Assembly (NCBI GenBank): GCA_030704615.1
Contig: CM060731.1
Coordinates: forward strand, 16,864,001-16,928,000
DNA from: Takakia lepidozioides
Lineage: Eukaryota; Plantae; Bryophyta
DNA length: 64,000 nt
Direction of reading: 5' to 3'
Position numbers and translations under genes: made by a program. Below, piece after piece: positions 22,901 to 37,496 of this stretch; within the stretch, counting starts at the first letter, position 1; every line of letters begins with the position of its first letter. The notes under the pieces are model-generated. The model saw only the letters and a list, made by a program, of their open reading frames with translations, did not search any database and was not told the origin of the DNA.

Positions 22901-25900
22901 TTCTTTAGAGAACCCCTCACTATTAGAGTTAGATTCATGGCCAAGATGGCTGTAGTGTGTTTCAAGGGCTTTCACAATCTCAAACATAGAAGTCACATCT
23001 GTACCCTTTCTATTCCTTAAAGTGTGAACTTGCTGACCATTTTTCGGCTTGTACAATTCTGGTGAACCAGAATCTTTTCTCATTACCACCATGGTGGTTT
23101 CAAGTTAATGTCACGTACAACTCTTACCAATACATTTTTCTGGGCCTTTACTAGCTGATTTAGTCTCTCATTGGTCTGTGCATAATAAAGAGACAGTCAG
23201 ATGGTTCAATTGTCCACAAGAACCCCAATGTGGCAGGCACCTTTTGGGGCTTACCTTCATGAAGGAAAGGATGCGGCTTTTCGGATTTGCTCATGAAATC
23301 TTTTCTAAATAGCCTAAACTTGATGTGAGCTTTGATACCCAATTAACTGTTCCTTGCAAACTTTGGTTAAGATGTACCCATGTCCGTCTGGGTTGCTAAC
23401 CCTCTTGGAGCAGCCTACCAGGGTATATAAGACTCAAACCCAAAACAAGACCTAACAAGACCACGTGGTCTTTGGTGAGGAACCTGGCACAGTCCATCTT
23501 GCCACTCTTGGAGGCTTTGTCCGTGTCAACACTAAGGGTTCCCTCTTAGGCATGTAGACACATACCACAAAGAGGTCCTTGGCCCTCTCATCGCCCTTCA
23601 ATTTCACTCTCAGCCAAATACTATGTCTGTACCGAAGTTCCTAGTTGATAATTTCACAATTATCATTCAAGAAATCACGGACAAAGAATCCTACTCCTTT
23701 TTCACCATACCTTGAGTTTCCAACCCATTGAAGCCCTGGAAGAAGTTGGCCCAGAATGGACTACTAAGGTTGGTAACCCTCCGGGGAAACCAAACCCAAA
23801 AGTCTATGCCAGAAGGACATGTGACTCAGACATGCCTCTGCATGCAGTTACCGATGAACATGTGATTGATGGATATGGCATGCTCAATGGCATGCCAAAC
23901 TTCAAAGTTTACACAAGATGATCAAAGCCTGCACGCAATGAAAATGACCCATCTTTGCAGAACTGCAGGTTGTCTAGGAGCATTCAAAAGCCTCCTAGAC
24001 GGCAGACAATTCGGATGCAAAAGGCCGGTTTGCGGCCTTTGACTTTTCTGGGCTGACTAACGAATGGAAATAATTTGCAGAGGGTCAAGTTCATGAAGCA
24101 AATGACACATTTGTGCTGGGCAGGAGACATGGGAAATGTTGGACAAGACGGTTGGGGACGTCGATGGCTATAATGGTACAGTAAGATGTGTGCCCTAAAG
24201 ACAGTGTCTGTTTAAAGTCCCCATCCTTGGCTGTCTTCCCGGTGCACCTCATTGAATCACCAATGTCTAAGATCGCTCTCCAACCAGTCAACGGTCGAAC
24301 TTCTCTGAGATTAATCTGTGGTGGGACTCTACTGTTAGCATTCTTATACATTGTCACCTTCAAAGTACCTCTCTTACTAAGTCTCGAGATGGTGCCATCA
24401 GCCACTAATTCAATCCTAAACTTGAGCAAGTATTTTAAAGGACAGGTCGTCCATCCTGGGATTCCCCCGAAAAATCACACATGAAGCTCTAGGTTTGGCA
24501 TAAGCGACCAGTTCCCAGGAGTTACCCTGGGGAATATGGGCAATATCATGAAAGTTTTTCTTAAATGCAGGCAAGTAGGCTTAGACACAAGGGCATATTC
24601 TACCCCAAGTGCCGAGCATGCAAGACAGAGCATCCAACTTCCCGCGGCGGGGCTGCCCCCAAGTGTGATCTGCTTGTTACCATTCAGAGATCATCACTCC
24701 ATAGGAGCTGCAGGGAATGGCCCGCATAGACATATTCTAAAGAGGGAGAGGCAACTACTTACCTGTTAAGTCCACCCAATGACTATAGGCTTCCTAGTGG
24801 GCAGGGAGAGTTATAGCTAAGAGAGAGAGAGAGAGAGAGAGAAATGAATAAAATGGTGCTTTGTAACGTCCACGGAAAGCTCATAGAGCTTATGGGACAA
24901 AATGGAAAGAAAGAGAGATAGAGTATACATTCCATTCCCTGTGAACGTTGGCTTGCTATAGCCTTACGGCCATTGACCCCACGGGAAACTAACCCTCCCA
25001 GGGCCTTTTGTTGCGTTCGAACCCACCTTAGAGAGAGAAAGTATTCACATGACTTTGTTTGCCGTAGCCTTGTGGCCATTGACCCTGCGCCCAGTTTGAG
25101 CAGAAAGGTTTAGAGAGAGAGAATGGTAAGACGTTTGTTGCCGTAGCCTTGTGGCCATTGACCCTGCCCCCAGTTTGAGCGGGACACAAAGGGACAGAAA
25201 CTACCTTTGTCAAGGGCTGATGCCGGTAAATATGACTTATCTTGAAACATGCAATTGATCCACAGAGAGAGAGAGATCATGGTAGTTGGCAATGTAGTAA
25301 TGGAAGTAAGATTCTTTATACTTTGAGCAGTTTTAAATTAGGAAAGAAAAGGATTCTTACTAAATGTGAAACACATGGGCTTGATGTGTAGTATGGCAAG
25401 TATCAGCGTCAGAAAACTGTGGAGGATCTGAATAACCGTTGGAAGCTCCACATGCTCTGTGCTCAGGTTTGCGCTCCACCTAGTTCCATTTGTTGTCATG
25501 TGTAAGAAATTAACTAAGGTGAAGTCCTTTTGGCGACTGTTGTCCGTCAATTTCATCATAATCGTAGGATGAGTCCAATATGTGGAAATCAGCTGATTTC
25601 TACCAAGAGGAGGCGGGGGAGAGAAACGATGCTGCTGGAAGTAAGTGTTATTAAGAGTTTTCCTGTTCTAATGGAGATTTTTCCTTCTCTGGAGCACAAG
25701 CCTTTTGTAATGGCCCTGAGATATGATTGAAAGAACTTGCTGGTAACATGGATTCAAATGAAATATACAGCCTAGCATGCATGGGAAGCAGTGGAGTACA
25801 AGAAGATGTATGGTTCCTAAAGGAAACGGTCCTGGGTTGGGTATATTGAAAGCAGCCAAATACACCACTGGAACCGTGCGAATGGCTCAACAAATTGCTC

Positions 25901-28900
25901 CTGAACGTCTGGCCCAATTTCTTCGAGCCCAAGCTGGTCCGCAGACTTCTACAGAGTGTGCAGGTTCCTCCCATCTCTCTCTCTCCCTCTCTCCCAGGCC
26001 CTTCTGAGGCCTAGTTTTTGGGCAAATCACACACAGCAGATTGATGCTTGTGTGAAGGGATTTCTAGAGGATATCTGGAAAACCCGAATCAATTCTTTGT
26101 ATAAAGGTAAGTCTTACTACCAATGCAGCCCCTGACAGAGGTAGGTTCTGTCCCTTTGGTTTCCGCTCAAACTGGGCGCGGGGTCAATGGCCACAAGGCT
26201 ACGGCAAACAACGTCTTACGAGTACATTCTCTCCCTCTCTCCTCCCCCCCCCCCCCCCCCCTCTCTGATTTGAAGGCCTACCTACTCTTGGCACTAGACT
26301 GGAATTTAAACTCAATGTGGGGAGTCTACCTTTGAACAATAAACATATGCGAGGAAAGGAGATTGTCAATGCCTGATGTGCGGGTGGCCTGAAGATAGTA
26401 TTTATTTTGATACACTCATGTGAGAGCGACCCTCTTCAGGACCATCAAGAACATAGTCCCTGTACCTCTGTTCACCACCTTTGAAAATCTTGAGGATGAG
26501 CCTAAAGCCCTGGCCCCTGTTGGGGTCTAGTTGCTGGGCAGCTCACACACAGCAGATTGATGCTTGTGTGAAGGGATCTCCAGAGGAAATCTGGAAAGCC
26601 AGAACCAATTGTTTATACCAAGGTAAGTCCCACTACTGGAGCTCTGTTTCCTCTTGTTCCGCCCAAACTGGACACAGGGTCTATTGCCTCATCAGTACAT
26701 TCTCTCCCTCCCCCGTTCTTATTCTGCCATTTTCTGCTGTTGACGTACTTTGGTTATAAGTTTTTGCTTCTGCCAAGGAAGATTTGCGAGCCTCTGAGTA
26801 TTCGAGACTACATCTGTAATGAAATTGTGGGGGTTCGGTATGCAGAAACGCATCAAGGATAAGAAGCCCAGGCCGATTGTGAGTCTACTGAAAATTCCTC
26901 ATAAATTCTGTCATGACTCATTTCTTTGCTGCTCCTGACTGTTTCCATCCTTAGAATGAGCTTCACTCTCAGTGCCACATTTTTGGCATCATGGATCTTG
27001 ACCTTATGGTTTTGAGATCAACAATGTTAGGCGTTCCGATGATTATCATTTATGTTGCATCACTAAACATTAGATTGGTCATTGATCTCACTGCCCCTCA
27101 TTTGGGTTACATATCACTAACACTGCAAATAGCAGGGGCGAGGCGCATGAACCAAGATATAGCATACCACAGTCCTGCAATTTGACCATGGTTTTCTTGG
27201 TGAGGTAGTTGCAGTATTGCTGGTGTGTAGAGGGTACTTGGCAATCCCGTGATACCCAAGGGAGGTAGTGTGTGATTACAAAATGGTGTAATGGGTGCCT
27301 GCAGCAAAGCATGGAGGTGGAGGAGTTCTCATTAGGAACAGCTCCGCCCATGATTGGCCTCCAGCGCACCTATTGGTCCACCAACTGTGGTCAGGTGTCT
27401 CTCTGCCAGTAGCCTTGCATGGATGGCGTTGCCCTTCTCTCGTTATCTTGTGTTCGGTGTGTCTCTCTGCTGCCTTTCAGAAGACACAGATGTGTTTACG
27501 ACTTAAAGAAGGATTTTCCTGTAGATGAGTTTGCTTGTTTTGCAAGCGAGAACTCGACACATAAGGTATTTGTTTGAGTTTATAACTTTCAATGCTTGAT
27601 ACGCTTTGTGGCTGGGGCAGGCAGTTTTGCACATGGGGTTTGAATGGGACACCAATGAGATGAGTCTGCTGCTGGCGGCCAAGTTGGGTGGGCCCTTGCG
27701 TGGCAAGGTTGCTCGCATCATCGTCAACAGCCTTCATGTCAAGGGTGATGTGTGTCCTGGTTCCTGCTTCCTTGTGATTGACAAGAAAAGCTTTGCATAA
27801 CTCTCTTTGGGGATTCTTTGTTGTGATTGAGTGTCAAGAATTTGAAGGAATGTGGAAGCAAACCTAGCAAGCTGAATGTGTTGGGGTTTGAGATGCAGCT
27901 ACGATTTCTGCCAATTTTGGATGGGCAAGCAGTTCTATATTCTTTCGACACCACTCCCGAAGTCAAAGTTGGGGTAGCCTTTGGCAGCGGCAGCCAGACT
28001 GTACCTCACACAGAACTCCCCATTCTATCGATGTGGCTGGTTTGTCTCATCAGCCATTCTGGTGTTGGTCTAGCTACCTTTGGTTGACATATTTAGTTGT
28101 CGAACAACTTTCTTGAGTGTCTTCGGTTGCCCTGAGTGATGAGTTTGGCACATAACTTACTATGGCCAGATTATTCCCCAGATCAACAGAGAATGTACTC
28201 GCAACATCACTTGTGATGGACTAGTTTGAAGCATGTGTTTTATCCCCAACTCAGACAAGTGATTGGTACCTATGTTTATGGTAATGAAACTCTGGACTTC
28301 CATGACCTGTTACATCTTACTTTTTGTCTTGAACAGGAAAAGCTTTTGACAGATACCCTGTACCGAACAATGGTGGAACCACGAAGACGCTGCTTTGCCC
28401 TACCTTCTATAGACTTGAAGAAGCATGCAGTAGGGGGCATTGTCTCTGTCACTGTGGTTTCTGCACAAAATCTGCGGAGACTTGGTTCTGGTGGATCAGG
28501 ATCTGGTGGATCAGGACCTCGCTCAGTTGACAAGTGGGGCCAAAGTAATGGGAATACCCAGTCCTCAGGATCCTTGAGTGGGAAGGTTCCAAGTAAGTTT
28601 GTGGAGTTGACACTTGAAGATTTGACACGGAAAACGGGAATGCAGAGTGAGGGCTCATCGCTGGTTTGGAATGAGTCTATTGACTTGGTAATGCACGATG
28701 ACACCAGCACTGTCCACCTGAACGTCTATGAACAAAGTCACAATAATGTGAAGTTTGACTTTCTGGGGAGTTGTGAAGTCAAGGTGAAACTTTCTTTGCT
28801 TTATTCCTTCCTTTTGTACTGCTTCCTCAAGTCTCTGTCATGCCTTTTGGATTGTTTTCTGAAGGAGGGAGGGATAGAAAGAGATAGGGGTGCACCTAGT

Positions 28901-31900
28901 GTGGATGTGATCTGGCAGAATTTTGGTCATATATTGAGCAGGGTTTGCATGGCAGATGAAGTACGTGGATGATGACTCCACAATCTTTTGGGCAGTGGGT
29001 AGCAAGTCAAGTGTGCTTGCTGTGCGGGCGGAACATTGTGGGAAGGAGGTTACCATGACCGTACCACTTGAGGGCACAACAACAGGAGAGGTCTGTCCCT
29101 GGTTCTGTGTTCATTGGGAAATCCATTGCCCTCATGCGAGATCCGTGCCACAAGCAAAGTAGCTGGCAAGAACATTCCTAGACATGTAATTACTTTTGTT
29201 GGTTCCCTTGTTGAGTAAAAAAACTCTGGAGTGAATCCTTTAACGACCCCTGGAAACAGTTGAGGTGAACCAAATCTTTGCTCTCTAAATCTTTTGCCAT
29301 GTGTACCTGGTAAGAGACATGTGCTTATCTCGATAAGGCTATTGGAAATGTTGCTGGCTACAAGTGGTATTGGAAGAACACCTTGAGAGGTAGACATGAG
29401 GGTTGGGCCTTGGATGGATATCAAGAGGGTTACTTATTCTTAATCTTGCCTACCTCTCCTCTTCACTGTCATGATATTTTCTCCTTAAATTAAGATGGTA
29501 ATTGGTCTTTACTCCTATGACTGAGTATTCTAACTCTAGGGCATTTATCCCTGTGAAATAAGACACCTTGCACCAGGATCCAACCCTCAGTTTTGAGAGA
29601 CTACTGCTCCTATTGAACTTCCAAATGGAGGAGCACTGAACATACATGCAGCATTGACGGGTTAGAAGTAAGGATGCAAGTGGCATCAACCTTACAGGTG
29701 TGTGTGTTGGGTGCAGTTAACGTTGAGGTTGGTTCTGAAAGAATGGCAATTTGCTGATGGGTCAAGAGCTGTGGCCAATTACATGCCAGCAGCTGTTCTT
29801 CAAATGCAACGGCAGACCATGCTGGCCTCGTATCCCAGCGTTCTCCCACTCACTGGCAGGAAGCTACGTATTTTTGCAGTAGAAGGTCGAAATCTTGCAC
29901 CTATGGACAGAACTGGCAAAAGTGATCCTTATCTCAAGCTTTTTTATGGCAAGGTAGTTAGCCTCTCTCTCTCTCTCAAGGACATTATACAGTTTGTTTC
30001 TACTTTGTCCCAAGGGCCCCTGGTGGATGTTATATAGTTTCTTTCTTCATTTCTTTTTTGGCTCTGGTTTTGTTTCCTCTCATGTTTTTTCCATTTTGTC
30101 CCATAAGCTCTTTGAGCTTTCTGCGGACATTATTAAGTACCATTCCATTCCATTTCATTTCTCTTGAGTCGTACTGTGTCCGACTCTCCCGCTGGGTCTC
30201 TCATGCACGTTATAAAGTGCTTTGTGCGTCTTCTCTCTCCCACAAAGTTTGAACTCTTATTTTGGTTCTGGGAATCTCATGTGGAACTTTCTTTAGATCC
30301 CATAGGCCCTTCTGTCCTCTTATGGATGTAGTAATTTCCACTCCCTTTCTTTTCCCATTCCCCAAAACAACACCGTTCTCTCCTACTCCTCCCACAATCT
30401 CCAGCTTTCTGCTTATTTCTCTCCCGTAGTCTACGTCACAGTCAAGTTCTGCAAGGCAGGGGCAATGAGTGGAAGACATAGGAAGAGATGGGAACCCATT
30501 TCACTCATACGATTGACTGTGCTTCCTGCCTCTTCTGTATGTTCCTCATGCGCACTCTCCATTCTTTGATCGATCAGATGATGCGAAGTCAATAGAGGTG
30601 TAATATACTGGCTCGTGTAATTAGCTCAGATGGAAGGGCTGAATCTCTTTCCTGAAAGGTTTATTTGGGAGTGCTCGGGGATTTAGTGGAACTGACCCAC
30701 ATTTGTCTTACAGATTGTGCGCAAAACAAAGACAGTGTGGCAAGACCTTAACCCACTATGGAATCAGGCCTTTGCTTTTCAAGAATTGGGTGGTGGAGAG
30801 TACTTGAAGATCAAGTGCTATGATGCCAACAGATTTGGTGATGATAATTTGGGAAGCGCACGTGTCAACTTGCAAGGACTTGAAGATGGGCAAGTAAAGG
30901 ATGTGTGGGTACCTCTAGAAAAGATAAAGCAAGGTGAAATTCATCTCAGGATTGAGGTTCTTGGCCTTGAGCTAGACTCTAATTCTCCTCAGGTACCGAT
31001 TCTGTATGTCCCCTCTTGTTGTCCCCTATTGCAAATCAAGACAATAATTGTAGATTTCCCTTCGGAGGCAATGGTGTCGTCCTTCAAAGTGGTGATGGAG
31101 GAGGGGGAGATGTTTTCTTGAACTGTACCCACCCTGCGAGTCACACAGTCTAGAAAGCAGGTAGAAGCAGATAGAGGAGAGGGAAATAAACTTATTCCTT
31201 GTTCAGTAGTCACATGTTGTAGATGTACTTATGGAGGCAATGGGAAGGCATGCCACTGCAGAATGGTTTTGTACAAGAGAACGGAGCAGTGGGCAATGGC
31301 GGGGGCATGGTGGAGCTGGTACTAGTGGAGGCACGGGATTTGGTAGCTGCTGACTGGGGTGGTACCAGTGATCCTTATGTTAGTGTTCGATATGGCAACA
31401 TCAAAAAGCGTACCAAGGTGAAAACTCAATGTATCTGGATATAATTTCTGAGATAATTTCTGGATCTTCTTGGCTGTAGGCAGAGATTTGGTGGCATCTT
31501 GTAATCGAGATTGAGCAAACCATTGTTCGCACATCTTCCTCACTTTTCAACATTATAGATGAAATTTATCCCTTGTGTTGGTTTTATGAAGACAAGAAAA
31601 TACAATCTCACTTTTGGACCCTTTATCCCCAGGCCCGTTCATCACTGGCTCACCTAATTTCCCAGTAGATTGTGCATGGTCAGGAGTAGAAATATCCTAG
31701 GAGGGCAATCCAAGGTTTATCCTCAACACACTGGCACTGCAGGTAGTGTACAAGACATTGACCCCGCAATGGGGGCAGACCCTGGAGTTCATGGATGATG
31801 GAAGCCCACTGGTGCTGTATGTGAAGGACTACAACACCATTCTACCCACTTCCAGCATTGGTCATTGTGATGTGGAGTACGAGTGTCTGCCTGCCAACCA

Positions 31901-33050
31901 AACCCTGGATTCTTGGATTCCCTTGCAAGGTGTAAACAAGGGCGAAATCCATATCCAACTCACTCGCAGGGTTCCTGAGAAGAAAACGAAGGTGTCTGCA
32001 TCGGACACTGCAAAGGTGGTTGGCCTGCCCAGTGGCAACACAAAGCTACAGCGGACAGCTGGCAAGGTATATCTCTCCTTCCTTTGTTCCCCCTCTGTTC
32101 AGCTGATGAAGGTTGTTGAATTCTTGAGGTTGACTACAAAAATGTAGAAAGGGAGAACAAATGAAATGAAATGGTACTTTATAACGTCTGCGGGAAGTTC
32201 AAAGAGCTTATGAGACAAGAGGAAGAAAGAAACACGAAAGAGAGGCCTACAAACAGCCCAAAAGCAACTAAAGCTCAAGGGATTGTCTAAGAGTCAATGC
32301 TTCATGCAGGTAATCTGCCAAGCATTTCTGATCCTCGTGAGAGATGAGAGATTGGGTATCCCGGAATAGACAGTTGAATCACCAATGGATCTCAGTATGA
32401 AGTGCAGTGAAAGAATAGATGTTCTTCACTTTCATCTCCCTGTAGTTCCCAGCGCAAGTGGGGCAGAGTCGGTCTTCACGTTGCAGAATTTCCCACCTAC
32501 TAGTCTCTATCCTCAGACTGTGGGAGGCTGGTGCTGAATCAACATGGCTTGTGTAGAACAGCGCACTGTCATAAGACATTGTTTGCCGTAAAGGATATAG
32601 ACAGAGAAAGAAAATAAGGCAAAAACTTTCTGACATCTTCAGGGCAGGGTCGGGGGCAGACAGGGTAGAACAGGAGGAAACCACTTCATAAGAAAGAAGG
32701 AATGAAATCTATTACGTCAAGTGGATGCCCAGATGATGAGAAATATCGCCAGTATTCCATGCTCTCAGCTGCGCTGTTCCATATAAGAAAGGATAACCAC
32801 CGTAGACAGGCTGATTGTGGTTTGTCAGTTCACTCTTTGGGAATATGGCTGGCAGGTACGTGCCATTATCAGAAAGGCTATGGCGTTGGCGGAGGAGGAG
32901 GAGGAAACAGAAGAGATGAGAGTTATGCTGGAGGAGTTGGAGACTGTGGAGGAAGAGAGGGAGGGTGTTATTTCACAGCTGCAGAAGGACCGTGATCTTT
33001 TAATCGCGAAAGTGAAGGAGCTAGAGCAAGCCATGGCTGGCCTTTTTTGA
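19901..33050 (+). CDS. SYT6: Synaptotagmin-like SMP + multiple C2 domain membrane tether (SYT6/NTMC2T3-like), 13 exons
   Basis: Approximate exons: 19901-20086 (LERWIIPFSNWVPVCVTVWATLQ), 25392-25466, 25855-25962 (PLEPCEWLNKLL), 26845-26877, 27305-27394, 27621-27749, 27899-28039, 28337-28783, 28956-29090, 29717-29952 (DRTGKSDPY), 30714-30992, 31262-31417 (ADWGGTSDPY), 31743-32066 and 32856-33050 (coiled coil); this list gives 14 segments, so the count is approximate. GT-AG borders. Confidence 0.9.
20975..21432 (-). mobile_element. ~450-bp SINE-like dispersed repeat with (CT)n tail
   Basis: Similar copies at ~25030-25270, 26005-26245, 26268-26710, 55860-56205 and 57130-57190. Full copies share a 5' end (CTGAAGG(G)CCTAC) and a 3' end (GAGTACATTCTCTC). 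Confidence 0.7.
21440..24770 (-). mobile_element. Decayed LINE retrotransposon (RT + endonuclease remnants, RTE-like) in intron 1 of the SYT6-like gene
   Basis: RT motifs YVFFMDLKKAYDIVWRNGLW..GVRGKMW, VDQGVAQG..LSPLL and FPDDFVG; YTYLDVELSSSCSWDAHI. Endonuclease-like SIWLRVKL upstream. Many stops and frameshifts. Confidence 0.8.
26005..26710 (+). mobile_element. Two tandem copies of the SINE-like repeat (one internally deleted, one full)
   Basis: Reverse-complement match to 20975-21432. Each copy is bounded by CT-rich tracts. Confidence 0.7.
32155..32570 (-). mobile_element. 3' fragment of an RTE-like LINE with (CATTT)n tail
   Basis: SHSLRIETSRWEILQREDRLCPTC resembles a LINE C-terminal Zn-knuckle. 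It is followed by CATAAGCTCTTTGAACTTCCCGCAGACGTTATAAAGTACCATTTCATTTC. Short tail-only copies at ~24840-24920 and ~30085-30165. Confidence 0.65.
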
Positions 33051-34945
33051 GACTCTGTCAACCATGAGGAAACTCTTTTCAATGACTGTCTCATTTTTCT
33101 CAGTACTGTTTTTGGCACCCAATTGCAGGCATGTCGGCCTCCCATGTGGTGCTGCCTACATTGTTTGTGTTTCTTCTATTATAGTCTCTCATCTCTCTCT
33201 TTCTTTTTCCTCTCACCACTTCAGTAATATCCATACTAGTCATCCCATTACTAGTGACACGATTTAAACAGCAGCATCGTCTCATGAAGGTGGGTCATGT
33301 TCATGGAAGTATACAACATGCTAATAGTTTTCCAAGTAGATCTCATACTTGGAATCTGTTGAATACACAAGTTGTTTATGGGGAATAGGCTAGACTTCAA
33401 ATCCGAGCTTGGGATCACATGATTCCTGCAACTAGGTCGGGACTGAAGAGTGAGCACTTTCTCCATTTGTTCACAGAGGCTTACCATGTCTAGTGTTGAC
33501 TTCTCTGCAGCTCCAGACAGATTAGGTGGGACAATTGTACAATGTTGTAAACTTGCCTTCGAAACATCAGAGTCAGAAAAATGATGGAATGACATGTTGA
33601 AACTAAAGCTGCTTGATATATGTAAAATCCCAGTCATCAAGTTGAAGGCTATCACACGTTTGAGTAGAGTCATGCTCAACTGTGATGCCTCTGATTTATC
33701 TTTTCTTTGTGTCTTGAACAGTCCCCCAAAACTCCACTCTTTCAAACCCTCAACATTCCCTCAACATTTAACGGGAATTTTAAGCAACTCCGTTGTAGTG
33801 CCTATGTCATGTTGGATTGTGAGCATTTCAAAACATGGTATATTCACCCAACTTCCTTCCTGTCATGGCTGGACAGTTGGATCAATGAAAACTTGTATCA
33901 AAGATACTTGATGGAGGCTAGTAGGGCAACCACACAACAGAATCCAAGCTCTAAAGTGAGACAACCTTACATGTACTGTGTCGTGCCAATACACACCATT
34001 CTTATCTGCACAGTACACATTCACTTAAGCCTTTTGAAGGTCTACTTGTTGTACAGAGCTGCTCAATAATCAATTGATTGAAGGTTCATTTCCTTCCAAA
34101 GTATGTCAATGCCGAAGTGTTGCTGCTGTAAACAAGACACCCCAGTCCACTTTTAGCTGCCATGTTGAAGCAGCATGCAGTATAACTAATGTTCTTGAAC
34201 CAAAAAAGCTTGAACATGTAAAGCAAGGAGTCACTCTAGCGGAATGATGCAGGCGGAACACACCTCTTCTAGTACAACTAACATCTTAAGAAGCTTGCAA
34301 CTCACCTTGACATTAGGGCAAGGGATCGGCCTGCAAGACAAAGCCCTTTCCTATCTGTCACTGAGTTTCTTTCTCCATGCTGCTACAGAAAGGTAAGGTC
34401 CTCCACAGAATGTTCAACTGTGAGACTGCCTTGCTCCTTTCTCTGGACTCGCTGAGTCCACTTATCAATTCATCCGAATGTGCAAAACCTCTGACAGCGA
34501 AGTAGGTAGTAGGTAGTAAAAGGGCACAAAGCAATATATGACGGCCTAACAGCTGCAGACCCACCACAGTGCACATCGGAAGAGCTGTTGAGCGCCATTT
34601 CAAGAGTATGACCCTGAAACTAGACGTAAAAGTAACTAAACTCAGCCATTGTCTTCCTTAAGAGCCATGTGTGTATCACAAGCTGTGCCACCATCACGTA
34701 TGGAGTAGCGGTAAGGCCAAAGGTACAGGGAGGAAGGGGGATGCGTAATGCTGACGACGGAAGGAGGGCACATGCTGCTAGCACTTATCAGGCAAGTAAG
34801 GCTTCCAAGGCTGGCTTCTCTAACTATAATCACAGGAAATTACGTACTGTACTTACACCCCTATATGGGCTATTCTAACATAACCTGAGACGACCCATAG
34901 TTTTACCAGACAAAATCACCTTCTGGACTGTACCATAACAACTCC

Positions 34946-37496
34946 CTACTGCTCCTTCCATATACGGCCAGTGACTCGGAGCTTAAGTTCTTTTCGATCA
35001 CCACCTGAGAAGAAAAGCGCCATGTTTCTCTGAATAATTAGTCCGTCATGACTATCCCGCACTTTGCGGTGACTGTCGCGAATGCTGCGTGGCACTCCCT
35101 GCCAGATCAACTTCCGCCCATTTGCCCCCACCTCTAGGCTGTAACTGAAATTTTTTGCCTCATTGTCATCCCCCATGAAGCGTAGAAACGCCATGTACAC
35201 AGGCGCCATGCCAAGCTGGAACGCCTCAAAATGCAGGCAGAAATGCTGCCCAAAACAGTTGAACACCTGAGTATGCAGTCCACCAAAGTTAGAGCGTGTG
35301 GAGCACCTTCATACCTGATCCAAGGGCAGTCACAGCCACTTGGAACAGAGTGTAAGAATTTTAGGCATTTGGTATCTACTTGCACAAGGCTCGGGAAAAG
35401 AACTAGAAACCTACTAAACAACCATCTCGCGCCTCATGATTCTCCCTGTGATGCTTGGTCAATGGTTTGAGGATAGCCTCTTAACATGCAGTTCTCAGAA
35501 TCCACGAACTCAAACTACTGAAAACATAAGCGCTTAAATTACTAGTATCATCTACTGCACATGTATCACCCTAGATGGTGCAGGCATACATTACACTTCA
35601 AAGGTTAAATTTATCCACCCCTTAACTGGTCAATGTGGGGCTTTACCATGAAATGGACAGGACAAATGCTGCTGCAAATGCATCTCAACAAGGCTAATTT
35701 GATCACTTCCCTAAATTTCTTGGTAACAAATGGATATGAGCCGAATAATATTAGGTGAAGGAGAATGGCATAAAAACACAAAAACAAGTACTGAAGATCC
35801 TCCTCACAAAAAGGCTCCAGCACAAAAGCTGTAGCCATGTCTCCCTCCCTTCTCTCCAGCTTACCGTTAGCATCCAAGTCGCGTTCTCGACCTCCTGGGG
35901 ATTTGACTTCACATAGCGATGATTAAATGTTTGTCCATTGTGCATATCCACTTTGTGCTCATCCCGCAGATGGGCCACAAGACACGCAATGTCACCAGTT
36001 ACTGAACACTCTGACCCCGCATAGGGACAGTTGTATGGCCGGAAAATGCACTGGGCCTCATGCTTGAGTTTACTGTAGTATGGGAATATGTCCGGACATC
36101 CCAGACTTTGATATCGGCATGGAAGCTCTAGAGATTCCGCCACTTTTTCCAATGCCAAGCACCGAATGTTGCCGAGTTCATATCTGCAGGTTGGGCAGCG
36201 ATTGTGCACCCTTAGCTTGCAGCTGGAACAAAGAGTATGGCCATTGGGACACTACACACAAACAACAGAGAAAATCATGGACCAACATCAGTCAGGTTTA
36301 GATACAAATGACCAGGAGAATTGAATGTCTGACCTAAATTCACAAAGTAATATCATGTTAAAAGTAGGCCACCATTAGCTACATCCACACATAATATATG
36401 AAAGCAATTAAGACGACCAAGACTCATGAATCAAGAGAAGACAAAAAACTTGAAGAGACTTTCATACAGTCGTCAAGAAGATTTATAGACCTTCCAACTT
36501 TTTCTTTGGTGTGCCCTACGACTATGCAAATACTCGTTTGCTGGCCTGATTTGGCATTTTTTTTCATGAAGACATCCGACGGCTTAAAAATGCATGAACA
36601 GTTAAGTTTGTTCCTTTCAGCCTCATGACCTTCATAGTGACATTGCTATCTGTGAAGGTTATTTTGCCAACTGATGCAGCCGACAGGCTCAACTTACAAA
36701 GAAACAATCTTTGCCGAGTTTGAACCCCAGAACTGTGGTGCCAATGCTTGGATCAGTCCACAAATACTGGCAGATATACAATTGTCTTCCCAAGTATGAG
36801 ATCGATACACAAAAAGATGTCCTCAGTAACCTCTACCCATGGTTGTGAAAGTCCTAAAAGCCAGGACAATGGGGAAGGGTAACAGGAGCAGGGCCACAAG
36901 GACCCTCCATCTGTGAAACCTACATTGGAGCATAAGATTGACTCTGGTCCTTCAGATTTCATCATAGCTTTCTGGCCTAAATCAGTAAAGGGTAGCCTCA
37001 GACATCCCCCCAAAAGCAATACCACTATCCTCTGATTTTCTCCATTTCTGAAACTGCGCAAGAGGTACAGCTTTTTCTAGTTTGCGAGAAGAGCCTTCCA
37101 TCCCGTATCATCGGGCGTTGCACAGCATTAGAGAAGTACACGCACCATGATGCCCCATTTGGCACAAGAGATCTACTTCCCTGCGGATCACCTTATTACT
37201 TTCCAAACTTCCATCAAGAAATACTCTTATCCTTTGCCTATCCTACTAAACTGCAGAATGAGTGACAGATGATGACTACATACCTGATGAATGGGGGGAT
37301 ACATAGAGTTAGTGCATACTGGACATTCCAGCAGCTCATGGACACTGCTTGCTGGAGCACCACCTGCTTTCCGTGTGATTGCCAATGGGGTCTTCGAAAG
37401 AGAGGCCAATTCTGTTTCAGACTCTGTGGTTGAAGGTGTGTCCCCCTCCCGCATGGGCGATTCAGGAACCTCCAATTTCACATTTCCAGGTGCCAT
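34946..37496 (-). CDS. SINAT: SINA/SINAT RING E3 ubiquitin ligase, 3 coding exons
   Basis: Exons 37496-37284 (VHELLECPVCTNSMYPPIHQ), 36251-35865 (CPNGHTLC..HNRCPTCRYELGNIRCLALEKVAESLELPC) and 35266-34946 (FNCFGQHFCLHFEAFQLGMAPVYMAFLRF..RIWKEQ). Confidence 0.95.

Noticed and set aside
33251-33911. Overlapping 164-aa and 105-aa ORFs between the SYT6-like and SINA genes
   Set aside because: No recognisable motifs; likely UTR or intergenic sequence.
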